Assembly (NCBI GenBank): GCA_050251055.1
Contig: JBFWNL010000002.1
Location: 288,001 to 352,000, forward strand
DNA length: 64,000 nucleotides
Source of the DNA: Bacteriovoracia bacterium
GTDB lineage: Bacteria; Bdellovibrionota; UBA1018; JBFWNL01
Reading direction: 5' to 3'
In this document: one piece after another, positions 19,188 to 28,670 of the stretch
How the letters are laid out: the number at the start of each line of letters is the position of its first letter
Numbering within the stretch: position 1 is the first letter of the stretch
Made by a program: the position numbers and the translations under genes
The notes under the pieces: generated by a model
The model's database searches: none
What the model saw: only the letters and a program-made list of their open reading frames with translations
Told to the model about the DNA's origin: nothing

Positions 19188-21839
19188 ATGGCGCGGTTCA
19201 CGCGGTTCAACGAAGAGACGCAAGGCGAGAGCATGCTGTTCTGGGTGCGGGTGTTCGCGAGCGTGACGGGACTGATTAGCGCGGCGGCATTCCTCAGCCT
19301 CGCGCTCGAGGCGCAGGGCGCTCCGCCCGCGGGCGGCTTCCGGCCCGGGCAACGCACCTTCACCAATCCGTTCGTGAACCCCTCGAGTCTGCCGACGGTA
19401 AACGCGGCGACGAGCACGCCGCCACCCGCCACGCCGCCGCCTACTCCCGGCTACGTCCCAACGTCCCCGAGCGAGCTGGGTGAGATGGACGAGGACATGA
19501 GTTCGGACATGGACGACGGCACCGGAAATCCCATTACGCCTTCTCGCGGCGGAAACGCCCCTCGCCAAGTCCAAATCAATTCTGGCCGCAACACCGCGGA
19601 TCCCGAAGACGTGCCGAACCCCACCAAGGGGCAAGCCGGCGTATCCGTCGGCGGTGAGCAACCCGGCGGCGTGATCTCCAACTCCAAGCTCGACCCCCTG
19701 GCCATTGACTCGACCACGGGCTTTGGCAGCAACGAGATCATCACCGACTTCAACTATCCGGACGCCGAGGTGATGGATATCGCCAAGACCCTGGGCAAGC
19801 TCACGGGCAAGAACTTCATCCTGGATAAGGGCGTGAAGGGCAAGGTCACCATTATATCCAATTCCCCGATCACGGTCGGGGACGCCTGGAAGGCCTTCCT
19901 CACCGCGCTCGACATCAACGGGTTCACGCTCATCCCGTCGGGCAAGTACATCCGTATCGCGCGCCAGCGCGACGCGCGCGACAAGCAGCTAAAAACCTAC
20001 ACCGGCGATTTCGCGCCCAGCACGGATGCTCTCATCACGCGAATTTTTTCGCTCAAGCACATCTCGGCCGACGAGGTCGCGCGCACGTTCCGCAGCTTCA
20101 TGCCCGCCAACTCGCGCATCATCCCTTACGACCAGACCAATAGCGTGATCGTCACCGACACCGGCTCCAACATCGACAAGCTCGCCAAGATGCTCGAATA
20201 CCTGGATGTGGAAGGTTTCGACGCCGGCATCGAGGTCATCCCGGTGAAGTTCGCGTCCGCCGTCGAGCTCTCGAAACTGATCGATACCCTGATCCCGGGC
20301 ACCCAGACGGGCCGGCCCACGGGCGCCCCCGCCCGGCCGCGGGGCTTCGGCGCCAGCGGCAGCTTCGCCGCCCGGCGCACGAAGGAAGGCGGGATGATCA
20401 ACACCATCATCGCCGACGAACGCACCAACACCCTGATCGTTCACGCCAATGGCAAGGGCGCCGATCAAGTCCGCGGCCTCGTCGCCAAGCTCGACAAAAA
20501 GGTTCCGGCCCCCGTAGGCGGCGGCAAAATCCACGTCGTTTACCTGCAGTTCGCCAAGGCGAAGGACATCGCCGCGACCCTCAACAACTTAGGCGGCGAC
20601 TCCGGCCGTGCCCGGCCCGCCGCGCCCGCCGGCACGGGCGGCGTGGGCGTGAATCCCACGACCAGCGTCCTTTTCGAAGGCGCGATCAAGGTGTCTTCCG
20701 ACGACTCGACGAACTCGCTCGTGATTACCGCTTCCCCGGCGGATTTCGTGACCGTCCAGCGCGTGATCTCCAAGCTCGATATCCCGCGCGACGAAGTCTA
20801 CGTCGAAGCCGTTATCATGGAAATGATCATGACCAAGGACTTCGAAGTGTCCACCAACGTGGTGGTCCCGAATGCCGGCGTCGGTTTCACGCCGAACGGC
20901 GGCGACCTGGTTAATTTCCTCACCAACCCGGCCAGTCAGAAAGGCCTGGTTTTGGGCTTCAAGGCGGGGCAGGACGTTTCCATTCCGGTCAACGGCCAAA
21001 ACGTGACCGTGAAATCGATCACGGGCTTGATCAAGGCGATCCAAACGAACACGAACTCCAACATCCTGGCCACGCCGCAGATCCTCACCCTGGACAACGA
21101 GAAGGCGACGTTCAGCACGACAGAGAAGATCCCGTTTGCGACCTCGACCATCTCCACGACCGGCACGACGAACTCCGTGCAGCGCGAAGACGTGGGGTTG
21201 ACGCTGGAGCTCACACCCCAGATCAACAAAGTTTCCAACTACGTGAAGCTCGAGATCAACACGAAGCTGGAAGACGTCGAACAGCGCGAGCTGCCGGCAC
21301 AGGTCGCGAACCTCGCGGTAGCGACCCTCTCGCGTAGCGCCAAGACGAACGTCATCGTTGCCGACACGGATACCGTAGTCTTGGGCGGCTTGATTCGCGA
21401 CAAGCAGGCGGAACAGACCTCGAAGATTCCGCTCTTGGGCGACATCCCGCTGCTGGGCTGGCTCTTCCGCTCGCACCATTCCACGACCCAGAAGACCAAC
21501 CTGCTCATGTTCATTACTCCGCACATCATCCGGCATTACGACAAGGTGCGGACGGTCTTGGATCGGAAACTTAAACAACGCGACGACTTCATCGAACGCG
21601 CCAATGGCGGCAAAGATCCGCAACGCGAGTACCGCGACGAGATGATCAAGGGCCTGCCGGACATTCGTGAAATCACGAATAGCCAACCCAAGACGGCGTT
21701 TTCCCTGGACGAAGAGCAGGACAATATGAGGACCAGCTCTCCGCTTACCGGAGACCAGTCGGAAGGCACGGCGCCGGAGGAAAGCGTACCCCCCGCCACC
21801 GGTGGTACGCCCCCACCCGAAGGGGAACCGCTCGAATGA
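19188..21839 (+). CDS. gspD: Type II secretion secretin D
   Basis: N0 (GKNFILD..VKGKVTIIS), N domains, ATPQILTLDNEKA, VVLGGLI, KIPLLGDIPLLGWLF; ATG 19188 has AAGGAG SD (start uncertain). Confidence 0.95.
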   Translation: MARFTRFNEETQGESMLFWVRVFASVTGLISAAAFLSLALEAQGAPPAGGFRPGQRTFTNPFVNPSSLPTVNAATSTPPPATPPPTPGYVPTSPSELGEMDEDMSSDMDDGTGNPITPSRGGNAPRQVQINSGRNTADPEDVPNPTKGQAGVSVGGEQPGGVISNSKLDPLAIDSTTGFGSNEIITDFNYPDAEVMDIAKTLGKLTGKNFILDKGVKGKVTIISNSPITVGDAWKAFLTALDINGFTLIPSGKYIRIARQRDARDKQLKTYTGDFAPSTDALITRIFSLKHISADEVARTFRSFMPANSRIIPYDQTNSVIVTDTGSNIDKLAKMLEYLDVEGFDAGIEVIPVKFASAVELSKLIDTLIPGTQTGRPTGAPARPRGFGASGSFAARRTKEGGMINTIIADERTNTLIVHANGKGADQVRGLVAKLDKKVPAPVGGGKIHVVYLQFAKAKDIAATLNNLGGDSGRARPAAPAGTGGVGVNPTTSVLFEGAIKVSSDDSTNSLVITASPADFVTVQRVISKLDIPRDEVYVEAVIMEMIMTKDFEVSTNVVVPNAGVGFTPNGGDLVNFLTNPASQKGLVLGFKAGQDVSIPVNGQNVTVKSITGLIKAIQTNTNSNILATPQILTLDNEKATFSTTEKIPFATSTISTTGTTNSVQREDVGLTLELTPQINKVSNYVKLEINTKLEDVEQRELPAQVANLAVATLSRSAKTNVIVADTDTVVLGGLIRDKQAEQTSKIPLLGDIPLLGWLFRSHHSTTQKTNLLMFITPHIIRHYDKVRTVLDRKLKQRDDFIERANGGKDPQREYRDEMIKGLPDIREITNSQPKTAFSLDEEQDNMRTSSPLTGDQSEGTAPEESVPPATGGTPPPEGEPLE

Positions 21840-23587
21840 CGGAAACCACGCATACGGGAAACCCAGGCGGAGCCCGCGCCGACACCGCGGCCGCCTCCTT
21901 GAAGATCGGCCAGATCCTCATCCGGCACACCTCGCTCAAGAGCGAGCAGCTGGACGAGGCCTTGGAGATCCAAAAACGCGATGGCGGGTTTCTCGGCGAG
22001 ATCCTCATCCGCCGCAACCTCATCACTACGAGCGACCTCATGAAGGCGCTCTGCCTTCAGCTCGGCATCGGATTCCTGTCGGAGATCAACGCCAACGAGA
22101 TTGATCCAAACCTCATTACCAACATTCCGATCAACTACGCCAAGGCGAAGGAAGTCCTACCCGTCCGGATCGAAAAACGTGGAGATGCCGAGGTCCTAAT
22201 CGTCGCGGTATCCGATCCGTTCGACGAATCCGTGTCCGAAGACCTAAAGGTCCTGGTGGAAAAGCCGGTCGAAATCCTAGCCGCGGCTTCGGCCAAGATC
22301 CAAGAAGCCATTAATCGGGTCTACGAGAAAAACACCGCGAATCTCGTCGATAAGATCGAAGGAGAGTTCGAGGAAGCCTACGACTTCGAAGGCCCCATCG
22401 ATATCCTGGATGCCAACGAAGACGATGCGCCCGTCATTAAATTTGTGAACTCGCTGCTCTTCCGCGCCGTGAAGGAAAAGACGTCCGATATCCACATCGA
22501 ACCTTACGAGAAGGACTTCGTCGTCCGCTACCGGGTCGACGGCGTGCTACACGATATCGTTCGCCAGCCAAAAAAAGCCCACGCCGCGATCTCCTCCCGC
22601 ATCAAGGTCATGGGCAGCCTGGACATCGCGGAAAAGCGCTTACCCCAGGACGGCCGCATCAAAGTGAAGATCGCGGGCAAGGATATCGACATTCGTCTTT
22701 CGACCGTACCGACCATCTTCGGCGAGCGGATCGTCATGCGTATCTTGGAGCAGAGCGGAAACGTGCTCGAACTGGAACAGCTGGGCTTCCGCTCGGAAAG
22801 CCGAGTCGAAATCGAAAAACTCATTTCGCGTAAGCACGGGATCATGCTCGTCACCGGTCCCACCGGTAGCGGTAAGTCCACTACCCTGTCCGCCTGCCTA
22901 ACGAAGATCGCCGATCCCGAAGTGAACGTGCTGACGGTCGAGGATCCGATCGAATACCAGATCCCCGGCATCAGCCAGGTACAGGTCAACGCCAAGATCG
23001 AGCTCACCTTCGCCCGCGCGCTCCGGCACTTCCTGCGCCAAGACCCCGACGTCATCATGGTCGGCGAAATCCGCGATAAGGAAACCGCCGAAATCGCCAT
23101 CAACGCCTCGCTCACGGGTCACTTGGTGCTCTCCACCATCCACACTAACGACGCCGCCGGCGCGCCCACCCGTCTCATCGACATGGGGGTCGAGCCGTTT
23201 CTGGTGGCGAGCTCGCTGATCGGCATCGTCGCCCAACGCCTCATTCGCCGTGTATGCAAGGTCTGCCGTAAGCCGCACACCCCCACGCGCTTCCAAATGG
23301 AGGAGCTGGGGATGGATGCGCTGCCCCCGGGCGCGGAAGTATACGAGGCGGTCGGTTGCCCCGCCTGCTCCCAGAGCGGGTACTCCGGCCGTACCGTGAT
23401 CCACGAGCTGATGATCGTGGACGAAGAAGTGCGGCGTCTGATCGTGAAGCTCACCGACGCGGGGTCGATCAAGAAAGCCGCCGTCGCGGCGGGAATGAAA
23501 ACCTTGCGCGAGGATGGCATCGCCAAGGTGCTCTCGGGCCAGACTACGATCGACGAGCTTATCCGGGTGACCCATGCTGAGGAATAA
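21836..23587 (+). CDS. gspE: Type II secretion ATPase E
   Basis: SDIHIEP, EKRLPQDGRI, GPTGSGKST, LRQDPD, TGHLV, CxxC/CxxC; MshEN-like N-terminus. Confidence 0.96.
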   Translation: MTETTHTGNPGGARADTAAASLKIGQILIRHTSLKSEQLDEALEIQKRDGGFLGEILIRRNLITTSDLMKALCLQLGIGFLSEINANEIDPNLITNIPINYAKAKEVLPVRIEKRGDAEVLIVAVSDPFDESVSEDLKVLVEKPVEILAAASAKIQEAINRVYEKNTANLVDKIEGEFEEAYDFEGPIDILDANEDDAPVIKFVNSLLFRAVKEKTSDIHIEPYEKDFVVRYRVDGVLHDIVRQPKKAHAAISSRIKVMGSLDIAEKRLPQDGRIKVKIAGKDIDIRLSTVPTIFGERIVMRILEQSGNVLELEQLGFRSESRVEIEKLISRKHGIMLVTGPTGSGKSTTLSACLTKIADPEVNVLTVEDPIEYQIPGISQVQVNAKIELTFARALRHFLRQDPDVIMVGEIRDKETAEIAINASLTGHLVLSTIHTNDAAGAPTRLIDMGVEPFLVASSLIGIVAQRLIRRVCKVCRKPHTPTRFQMEELGMDALPPGAEVYEAVGCPACSQSGYSGRTVIHELMIVDEEVRRLIVKLTDAGSIKKAAVAAGMKTLREDGIAKVLSGQTTIDELIRVTHAEE

Positions 23588-23597
23588 AGGATAAAGC

Positions 23598-24824
23598 ATG
23601 CCGATTTTCGAGTACAAAGCCCTGCAGTCCAGCGGGAAGGCGGAGAAAGGCCTGATCGAGGCCGAGAACGTCAAGGCTGCGCGCACCAAGCTCAAGAAGA
23701 AGGGGCTTATCGTCACTTCCATCGGCGAAAAGAACGCGCGCACGAAGGGCGGTGCCCGCAGCGGGGGCAGCTCACTTTTCGCCGGACGAGTTAGCTACCA
23801 GGAAATCTCGCTCATGACCCGTCAACTGGCGAGCTTGGTGAAGGCGAATATCCCGTTGGTCGAGGCTTTGAACGCCCTCGTCGACCAAACGGACAACGAC
23901 CGCCTTAAGGTAATCATCTCGCAGGTGCGCCAGGACGTGAACGAGGGTTCCAGCCTGGCCAAAGCCATGGCTCCACATCCGAAGATTTTCGATAACATCT
24001 TCGTAAACATGGTGGAAGCCGGCGAAAGCTCGGGCACGTTGAGCCTGGTCCTCGTCAAACTCGCGGATCTGAAGGCCGCCCAGGTCCGCTTGCGCGGCAA
24101 GGTCATCAGCGGCATGACTTATCCCGTATTAATGATGATCGTGGCGGCCGTGCTCATGCTCGTCATCTTCAGTTTCGTCATTCCGAAGCTCACCAAAGTC
24201 TTCAAGTCCATGAACAAGCCGGTGCCGACGATCACGAAGGTGTTGATGGACATCAGCGACGTGGTCAATGCCTATTGGTATCTCATCGTGGGTGGGTCGA
24301 TCTTTGGATTAATTTCGTTCTTGCGCTACATCAACACGGAAAAAGGTCGCCAGAAATGGGATGGTTTCAAACTGCGCATGCCGATGTTCGGCTCCTTGTT
24401 CCGCATGGTAGCCGTCACCCGCTTCGCCAGCACCATGGGCACGCTGCTCTCCAGCGGCGTGCCGATCTTAACCGCGATGAAAATATCCAAGAACCTAGTC
24501 GGGAACGTCCTAATCGCCGAGGCGGTAGAAAACGCCCGGGAAAACATCACCGAAGGTCAATCCATTGCCGACCCCCTACGGCGCAGCGGGGAATTCCCAC
24601 CCCTCGTCACCCACATGATCTCCATCGGTGAAAAAACGGGGGAACTCCCGGACATGCTGCGAAACATCTCGGAAACTTACGAGGAGCAGGTAAATGCGAA
24701 GATCGAGGGCATGACCGCCGCCCTGGAGCCGCTCATGATTATTTTCATGGGAGGCATGGTGGGCTTCATTGTGTTATCCATCTTCATCCCCCTATTGGAC
24801 ATCAGTAACATTCAAAGCCGATAG
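23598..24824 (+). CDS. gspF: Type II secretion inner-membrane platform F
   Basis: TRQLASL, EAGESSGTL, YPVLM, GEKTGEL, LEPLMI. Confidence 0.95.
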   Translation: MPIFEYKALQSSGKAEKGLIEAENVKAARTKLKKKGLIVTSIGEKNARTKGGARSGGSSLFAGRVSYQEISLMTRQLASLVKANIPLVEALNALVDQTDNDRLKVIISQVRQDVNEGSSLAKAMAPHPKIFDNIFVNMVEAGESSGTLSLVLVKLADLKAAQVRLRGKVISGMTYPVLMMIVAAVLMLVIFSFVIPKLTKVFKSMNKPVPTITKVLMDISDVVNAYWYLIVGGSIFGLISFLRYINTEKGRQKWDGFKLRMPMFGSLFRMVAVTRFASTMGTLLSSGVPILTAMKISKNLVGNVLIAEAVENARENITEGQSIADPLRRSGEFPPLVTHMISIGEKTGELPDMLRNISETYEEQVNAKIEGMTAALEPLMIIFMGGMVGFIVLSIFIPLLDISNIQSR

Positions 24825-24869
24825 TTTTAGCCAGATATTTTAGTAAGAAAGGAAAGAAAAAGAAAAACG

Positions 24870-25352
24870 ATGAGAACGCTAAGAAAACACCCTTGGTTCA
24901 AAAAAATGGCCGACAAACGCGAAGCCGGCTTCACTCTGACCGAAATGCTGGTCGTGATCGCCTTGATCGCGATGCTGGGCACCTTCGTGTTCACCAACGT
25001 GATGGGTAAGTTCAACCGTGCCAAGGTCGACGGCACCAAGATTAAAATCCGCCAGCTCATGCAGCTGCTTGACCAGTACAAGCTCGATTGCGGAAGCTAC
25101 CCCACCGCCGAGCAAGGGCTCGAGGCCCTCGTGACCAAGCCCACGGGCGGCAAGGAGTGCAAGAACTACAATCCGGAAGGCTATATCACCGGCGGCCGCG
25201 TACCGAAGGACGAATGGGACAACGACTTCGAATACCGCTTCGAAGGTCGCAAACCGGAGATCCGTTCCCTGGGCGGCGACGGCGTGGAAGGCGGCGCGGA
25301 CAATGACGCCGACATTTCCTCGAACGAGCCCGCGCCGGAGGCGAGCTCGTAA
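24870..25352 (+). CDS. gspG: Major pseudopilin G
   Basis: G|FTLTEMLVV, YKLDCGSYPTAEQGLEAL, PKDEWDNDF, SLGGDG. Confidence 0.93.
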   Translation: MRTLRKHPWFKKMADKREAGFTLTEMLVVIALIAMLGTFVFTNVMGKFNRAKVDGTKIKIRQLMQLLDQYKLDCGSYPTAEQGLEALVTKPTGGKECKNYNPEGYITGGRVPKDEWDNDFEYRFEGRKPEIRSLGGDGVEGGADNDADISSNEPAPEASS

Positions 25353-25373
25353 ACTTTACGAGCTAATCGTTTT

Positions 25374-26000
25374 ATGGGAGCGCGATGGAAAAACCAGGGC
25401 GGCTTCACCCTGATCGAGGTGCTGGTGGTGATCGCCCTGATCGCCATCATCGCCACCATCGCGCTGCCCACCGTATCGAGTCAGTTCAAAATCTCTTTGC
25501 GTTCGGTCACGCGCAACCTCGCGTCCACCGTGCGCGAAGCCTATAACGCGACCGTCATTACCGGTCAGGTCCATCGGGTTGTCTACGACATCAAGGAAGG
25601 CCAGTACTGGGTCGAGATCGGGCCTCCCACCGTGCTGCTGGATTCGGACGAAAGTCGTGAACTCGAGAAGCGCAACCAGCACCTGATCAGCGCGGCCGAC
25701 GAGGACAAGAAACCCAAGAGCAAGTTCAAACTCGAAAGCACGATCACGCGCTCGAAGATAAGTCTCCCCCGCGGGGTGACCTTCGAAGACGTCGTTACCG
25801 AGCAAAGCCCGGAGCCGATCAAGGAAGGCTCCGTATACACCCACTTTTTTCCGCACGGACTCGCGGAGCAGACCTTGATTCACCTAGCGGATAACTCGGA
25901 CCACAAAATCTCGCTCGTCGTAGCACCGCTAATCGGCAAGACGCGCGTTATGGAAGGATACGTTGATCCCGATGAGGCTTTCGGCAAGAAAAAACATTGA
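25374..26000 (+). CDS. gspH: Minor pseudopilin H
   Basis: G|FTLIEVLVV prepilin motif; gene order. Confidence 0.8.
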   Translation: MGARWKNQGGFTLIEVLVVIALIAIIATIALPTVSSQFKISLRSVTRNLASTVREAYNATVITGQVHRVVYDIKEGQYWVEIGPPTVLLDSDESRELEKRNQHLISAADEDKKPKSKFKLESTITRSKISLPRGVTFEDVVTEQSPEPIKEGSVYTHFFPHGLAEQTLIHLADNSDHKISLVVAPLIGKTRVMEGYVDPDEAFGKKKH

Positions 26001-26487
26001 GGGTTTCACGCTGCTCGAGATCCTCATCGCCATGGGGATCATGGTCATCGTGCTGACCTCCATCTTCTCGATCGAGTCGGGCAGCATCCTCGCCACCGAG
26101 CGAGCGCGCGAAATGACGACCGTCTCGATGCTCGCGAAAGACGCCATGGTCGACTTCGAGCTGAAGTTCCAAGAGAAGCCCTTCAACGAGGTTGCCGAGG
26201 AAGAATCCGGCCAGTTCGAGGAGCCGTTCCAGGCCTATTCGTGGACCCGCACCGTCAAGGAGGTCGAGTTCCCGAACCTGGGCATCGGCAATGCCCAGAG
26301 CGGCAAGGATTCGGGCGGCGCCGAAAACCAAACCGAGCTTTTATCCAAGCTCGTCACGAACTTCCTGTCGAAAGCGCTGCGGGAAGTGACCATCACCGTG
26401 AAATGGAAGAAACTCGACAGCGAACAAACGTTTTCCCTATCCCAATACTGGGTGGACCTGAACCATGAGTTTTCGCTCAGTGAGTAG
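25963..26487 (+). CDS. gspI: Minor pseudopilin I (start 25963 or 25972)
   Basis: G|FTLLEILIAM prepilin motif; C-terminal LREVTITVKW; gene order. Confidence 0.8.
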   Translation: MIPMRLSARKNIEGFTLLEILIAMGIMVIVLTSIFSIESGSILATERAREMTTVSMLAKDAMVDFELKFQEKPFNEVAEEESGQFEEPFQAYSWTRTVKEVEFPNLGIGNAQSGKDSGGAENQTELLSKLVTNFLSKALREVTITVKWKKLDSEQTFSLSQYWVDLNHEFSLSE

Positions 26488-27289
26488 ACAGGGATTCACC
26501 CTGCTGGAAGTGTTGATTTCCTTCGTGATCCTGGCTTTCATCAGTCTGGCGATCTACCAAGCCACGAATAATACATACGACCTGCACGCTCAGCTGCTAG
26601 CCGACAGCGATTTTTACTCCGAGATCCGCCTAAGCTTCGCCATCATGGACAAAGACGTGGCCGCGATCTTCTCTCCCCACCTGATGGCGCCCCCCAAGCC
26701 AACGCCGACGCCGAACCCCGATGGCTCGCTCCCCCCGCCGGACCCCAACGAGGGCAACTGGTTCGAAGGGGCAAACCGCGCCTCCGACTACTGGGGGGTA
26801 GCGATCGACAAGACCGGCTTACGGCCCTCGCGCTTCGTGGGCAACGAAAACTCCTTCAGCTTCATCACCGCCTCCCATATCCGCATCTACAGGGAATCCC
26901 GGGAATCTTTCATGGCGAAGGTGTCTTATCGGCTAGAGGATGACGACCGCGCAGAAGAGGACGGCAACGATCCGAAAGAAAACTACAAGATGCTCGTCAA
27001 GACGGAGAACCAGAACGCCTTCGACCTAGAAAAAAAGGACGAGGAAGATAAGCTTCACAAGCGCTACCAGCTCCTTCACGGCATCAAGTCGCTGAAATAC
27101 CGCTACTACCGCAAGGACAAGACGCAGTGGGTGACCAGCTGGGACACCGATCACAGCGATACAAAGAACATCTACCCGGACGTCATCGAGGTGGAGTTCG
27201 AAGTGCGCGGGGGACCGCGCCTCAACCATACGGGACGCTTTCGTTTCCGTCCGGAGATGCCGCTGAATGGGCTTTCCCCGAGCGTTTAG
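26465..27289 (+). CDS. gspJ: Minor pseudopilin J
   Basis: G|FTLLEVLIS; C-terminal WDT..YPDVIEV; gene order. Confidence 0.82.
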   Translation: MSFRSVSRQGFTLLEVLISFVILAFISLAIYQATNNTYDLHAQLLADSDFYSEIRLSFAIMDKDVAAIFSPHLMAPPKPTPTPNPDGSLPPPDPNEGNWFEGANRASDYWGVAIDKTGLRPSRFVGNENSFSFITASHIRIYRESRESFMAKVSYRLEDDDRAEEDGNDPKENYKMLVKTENQNAFDLEKKDEEDKLHKRYQLLHGIKSLKYRYYRKDKTQWVTSWDTDHSDTKNIYPDVIEVEFEVRGGPRLNHTGRFRFRPEMPLNGLSPSV

Positions 27290-28646
27290 CGACGCCACCC
27301 AGCGCATCCGCGCCCGCATCTGGAAGCGCCTGAACCGTCCGGTCGCCAAGCCCGAGGGCATGGCGCTCTTCATGGTCCTTTCGGCGGTGGCGATCCTTTC
27401 GCTGCTCGTCACCGAGTTCACCTACGTGTCGCAGGTGAACCGGAAAATGGCATACGATAGCGTGGATCAGCTCCAGGCATTTTACACGGCTAAGAGCGCG
27501 CTGAAAATCTCGCTACTGCGCCTGAAGGCCTATCAGAACGTGAAGAATTACATCGCGAGCGCCGGCGCCTCGGTGCCCGTCCCTAAGAACGTGATCGAGC
27601 TGATCTGGACGTTTCCCTTGATCTTCCCGATCCCGACTTCCGTGCCGGGCCTGAGCGACTTCGACAAGGAGCGGATCCAGAAGTTCCAGGACGACTCGAA
27701 CATCAAGGGCTCCTACACCGCTTCCATCGAATCCGAGTCGTCGCGCTATAACTTGAACATGCTGCTGCAGACGTTCATCCCGGCGGACCCCTCCCCGAGC
27801 CCCTCCCCTACGCCCACTCAAAATCCCGACGGCACGACGAGCACCCCGACCCCCACGCCGACTCCGACGAGCACGGACGCGAACAAAAAAGAGTTCGACC
27901 CGGCGGCGGCCCGTAAGAACCTCTTTGACTTCCTCTCGAACATCCTGCGGGCGAAAATCGACGCCGACGAGGACTTCGCGCGCGAGTACCGCGACTTCAA
28001 CCTGGCCGAGATGCTGGAAGGCGTTTACGCCTGGGCGGACCGGAGCTACCAGGCCCCGAACCGCGTTCAAGAAGCCGAGATCCCGCCCAAGCGGATGCCA
28101 TTCTTCTCCGTTAGCGAACTGCACATGATTCCGGGATTCGATGACAAGCTCTTTGACCTTTTCTCACCCGCCCTGACTGCCAGCACCACGCCCGGCATCA
28201 ACGTCAATACCATGAAGGCGGTCACGCTGCGCGCCCTCGTCCCAGGCATCACCGACGAGGAGGTGAAAGACTTCTTCACTTACCGGGACTCCCAGGAAGA
28301 AGACCACCTCTTCAAGACGGTAGACGATTTTTTGACGTACCTGCAGAAGAACGTGGCCATCTTCCGTAACGACGCCGACGAGACGAAGGAATTCAAGCAG
28401 GAGCTGGAAAAAAAGGGGATCCGGCTCGTGACGGACGAAACCGAGTTTAAAATCACCGTTCAAGCGACCGTGGAGCAGGCGTCGCGCAGCATCGAGGCTT
28501 GGGTCGCGCTTTCCACCCCCAAGTCGACCGGTACGGGTTCCAACCCGGCCCCCACGCCCACGCCTTCGCAGGTCCCGGGCGCACCCGCCGGCACCCCGCC
28601 CAAACCGGATCCTGGTTTAAAGGTGCTGTTTATGAGATTCTTATAG
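27267..28646 (+). CDS. gspK: Minor pseudopilin K
   Basis: G|MALFMVL (no E5, as typical for K), ESSRYNLN, SVSELHMIPG, INVNT. Confidence 0.85.
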   Translation: MGFPRAFSDATQRIRARIWKRLNRPVAKPEGMALFMVLSAVAILSLLVTEFTYVSQVNRKMAYDSVDQLQAFYTAKSALKISLLRLKAYQNVKNYIASAGASVPVPKNVIELIWTFPLIFPIPTSVPGLSDFDKERIQKFQDDSNIKGSYTASIESESSRYNLNMLLQTFIPADPSPSPSPTPTQNPDGTTSTPTPTPTPTSTDANKKEFDPAAARKNLFDFLSNILRAKIDADEDFAREYRDFNLAEMLEGVYAWADRSYQAPNRVQEAEIPPKRMPFFSVSELHMIPGFDDKLFDLFSPALTASTTPGINVNTMKAVTLRALVPGITDEEVKDFFTYRDSQEEDHLFKTVDDFLTYLQKNVAIFRNDADETKEFKQELEKKGIRLVTDETEFKITVQATVEQASRSIEAWVALSTPKSTGTGSNPAPTPTPSQVPGAPAGTPPKPDPGLKVLFMRFL

Positions 28647-28670
28647 GGCAAGGAATTCAGGAGGAACGCC

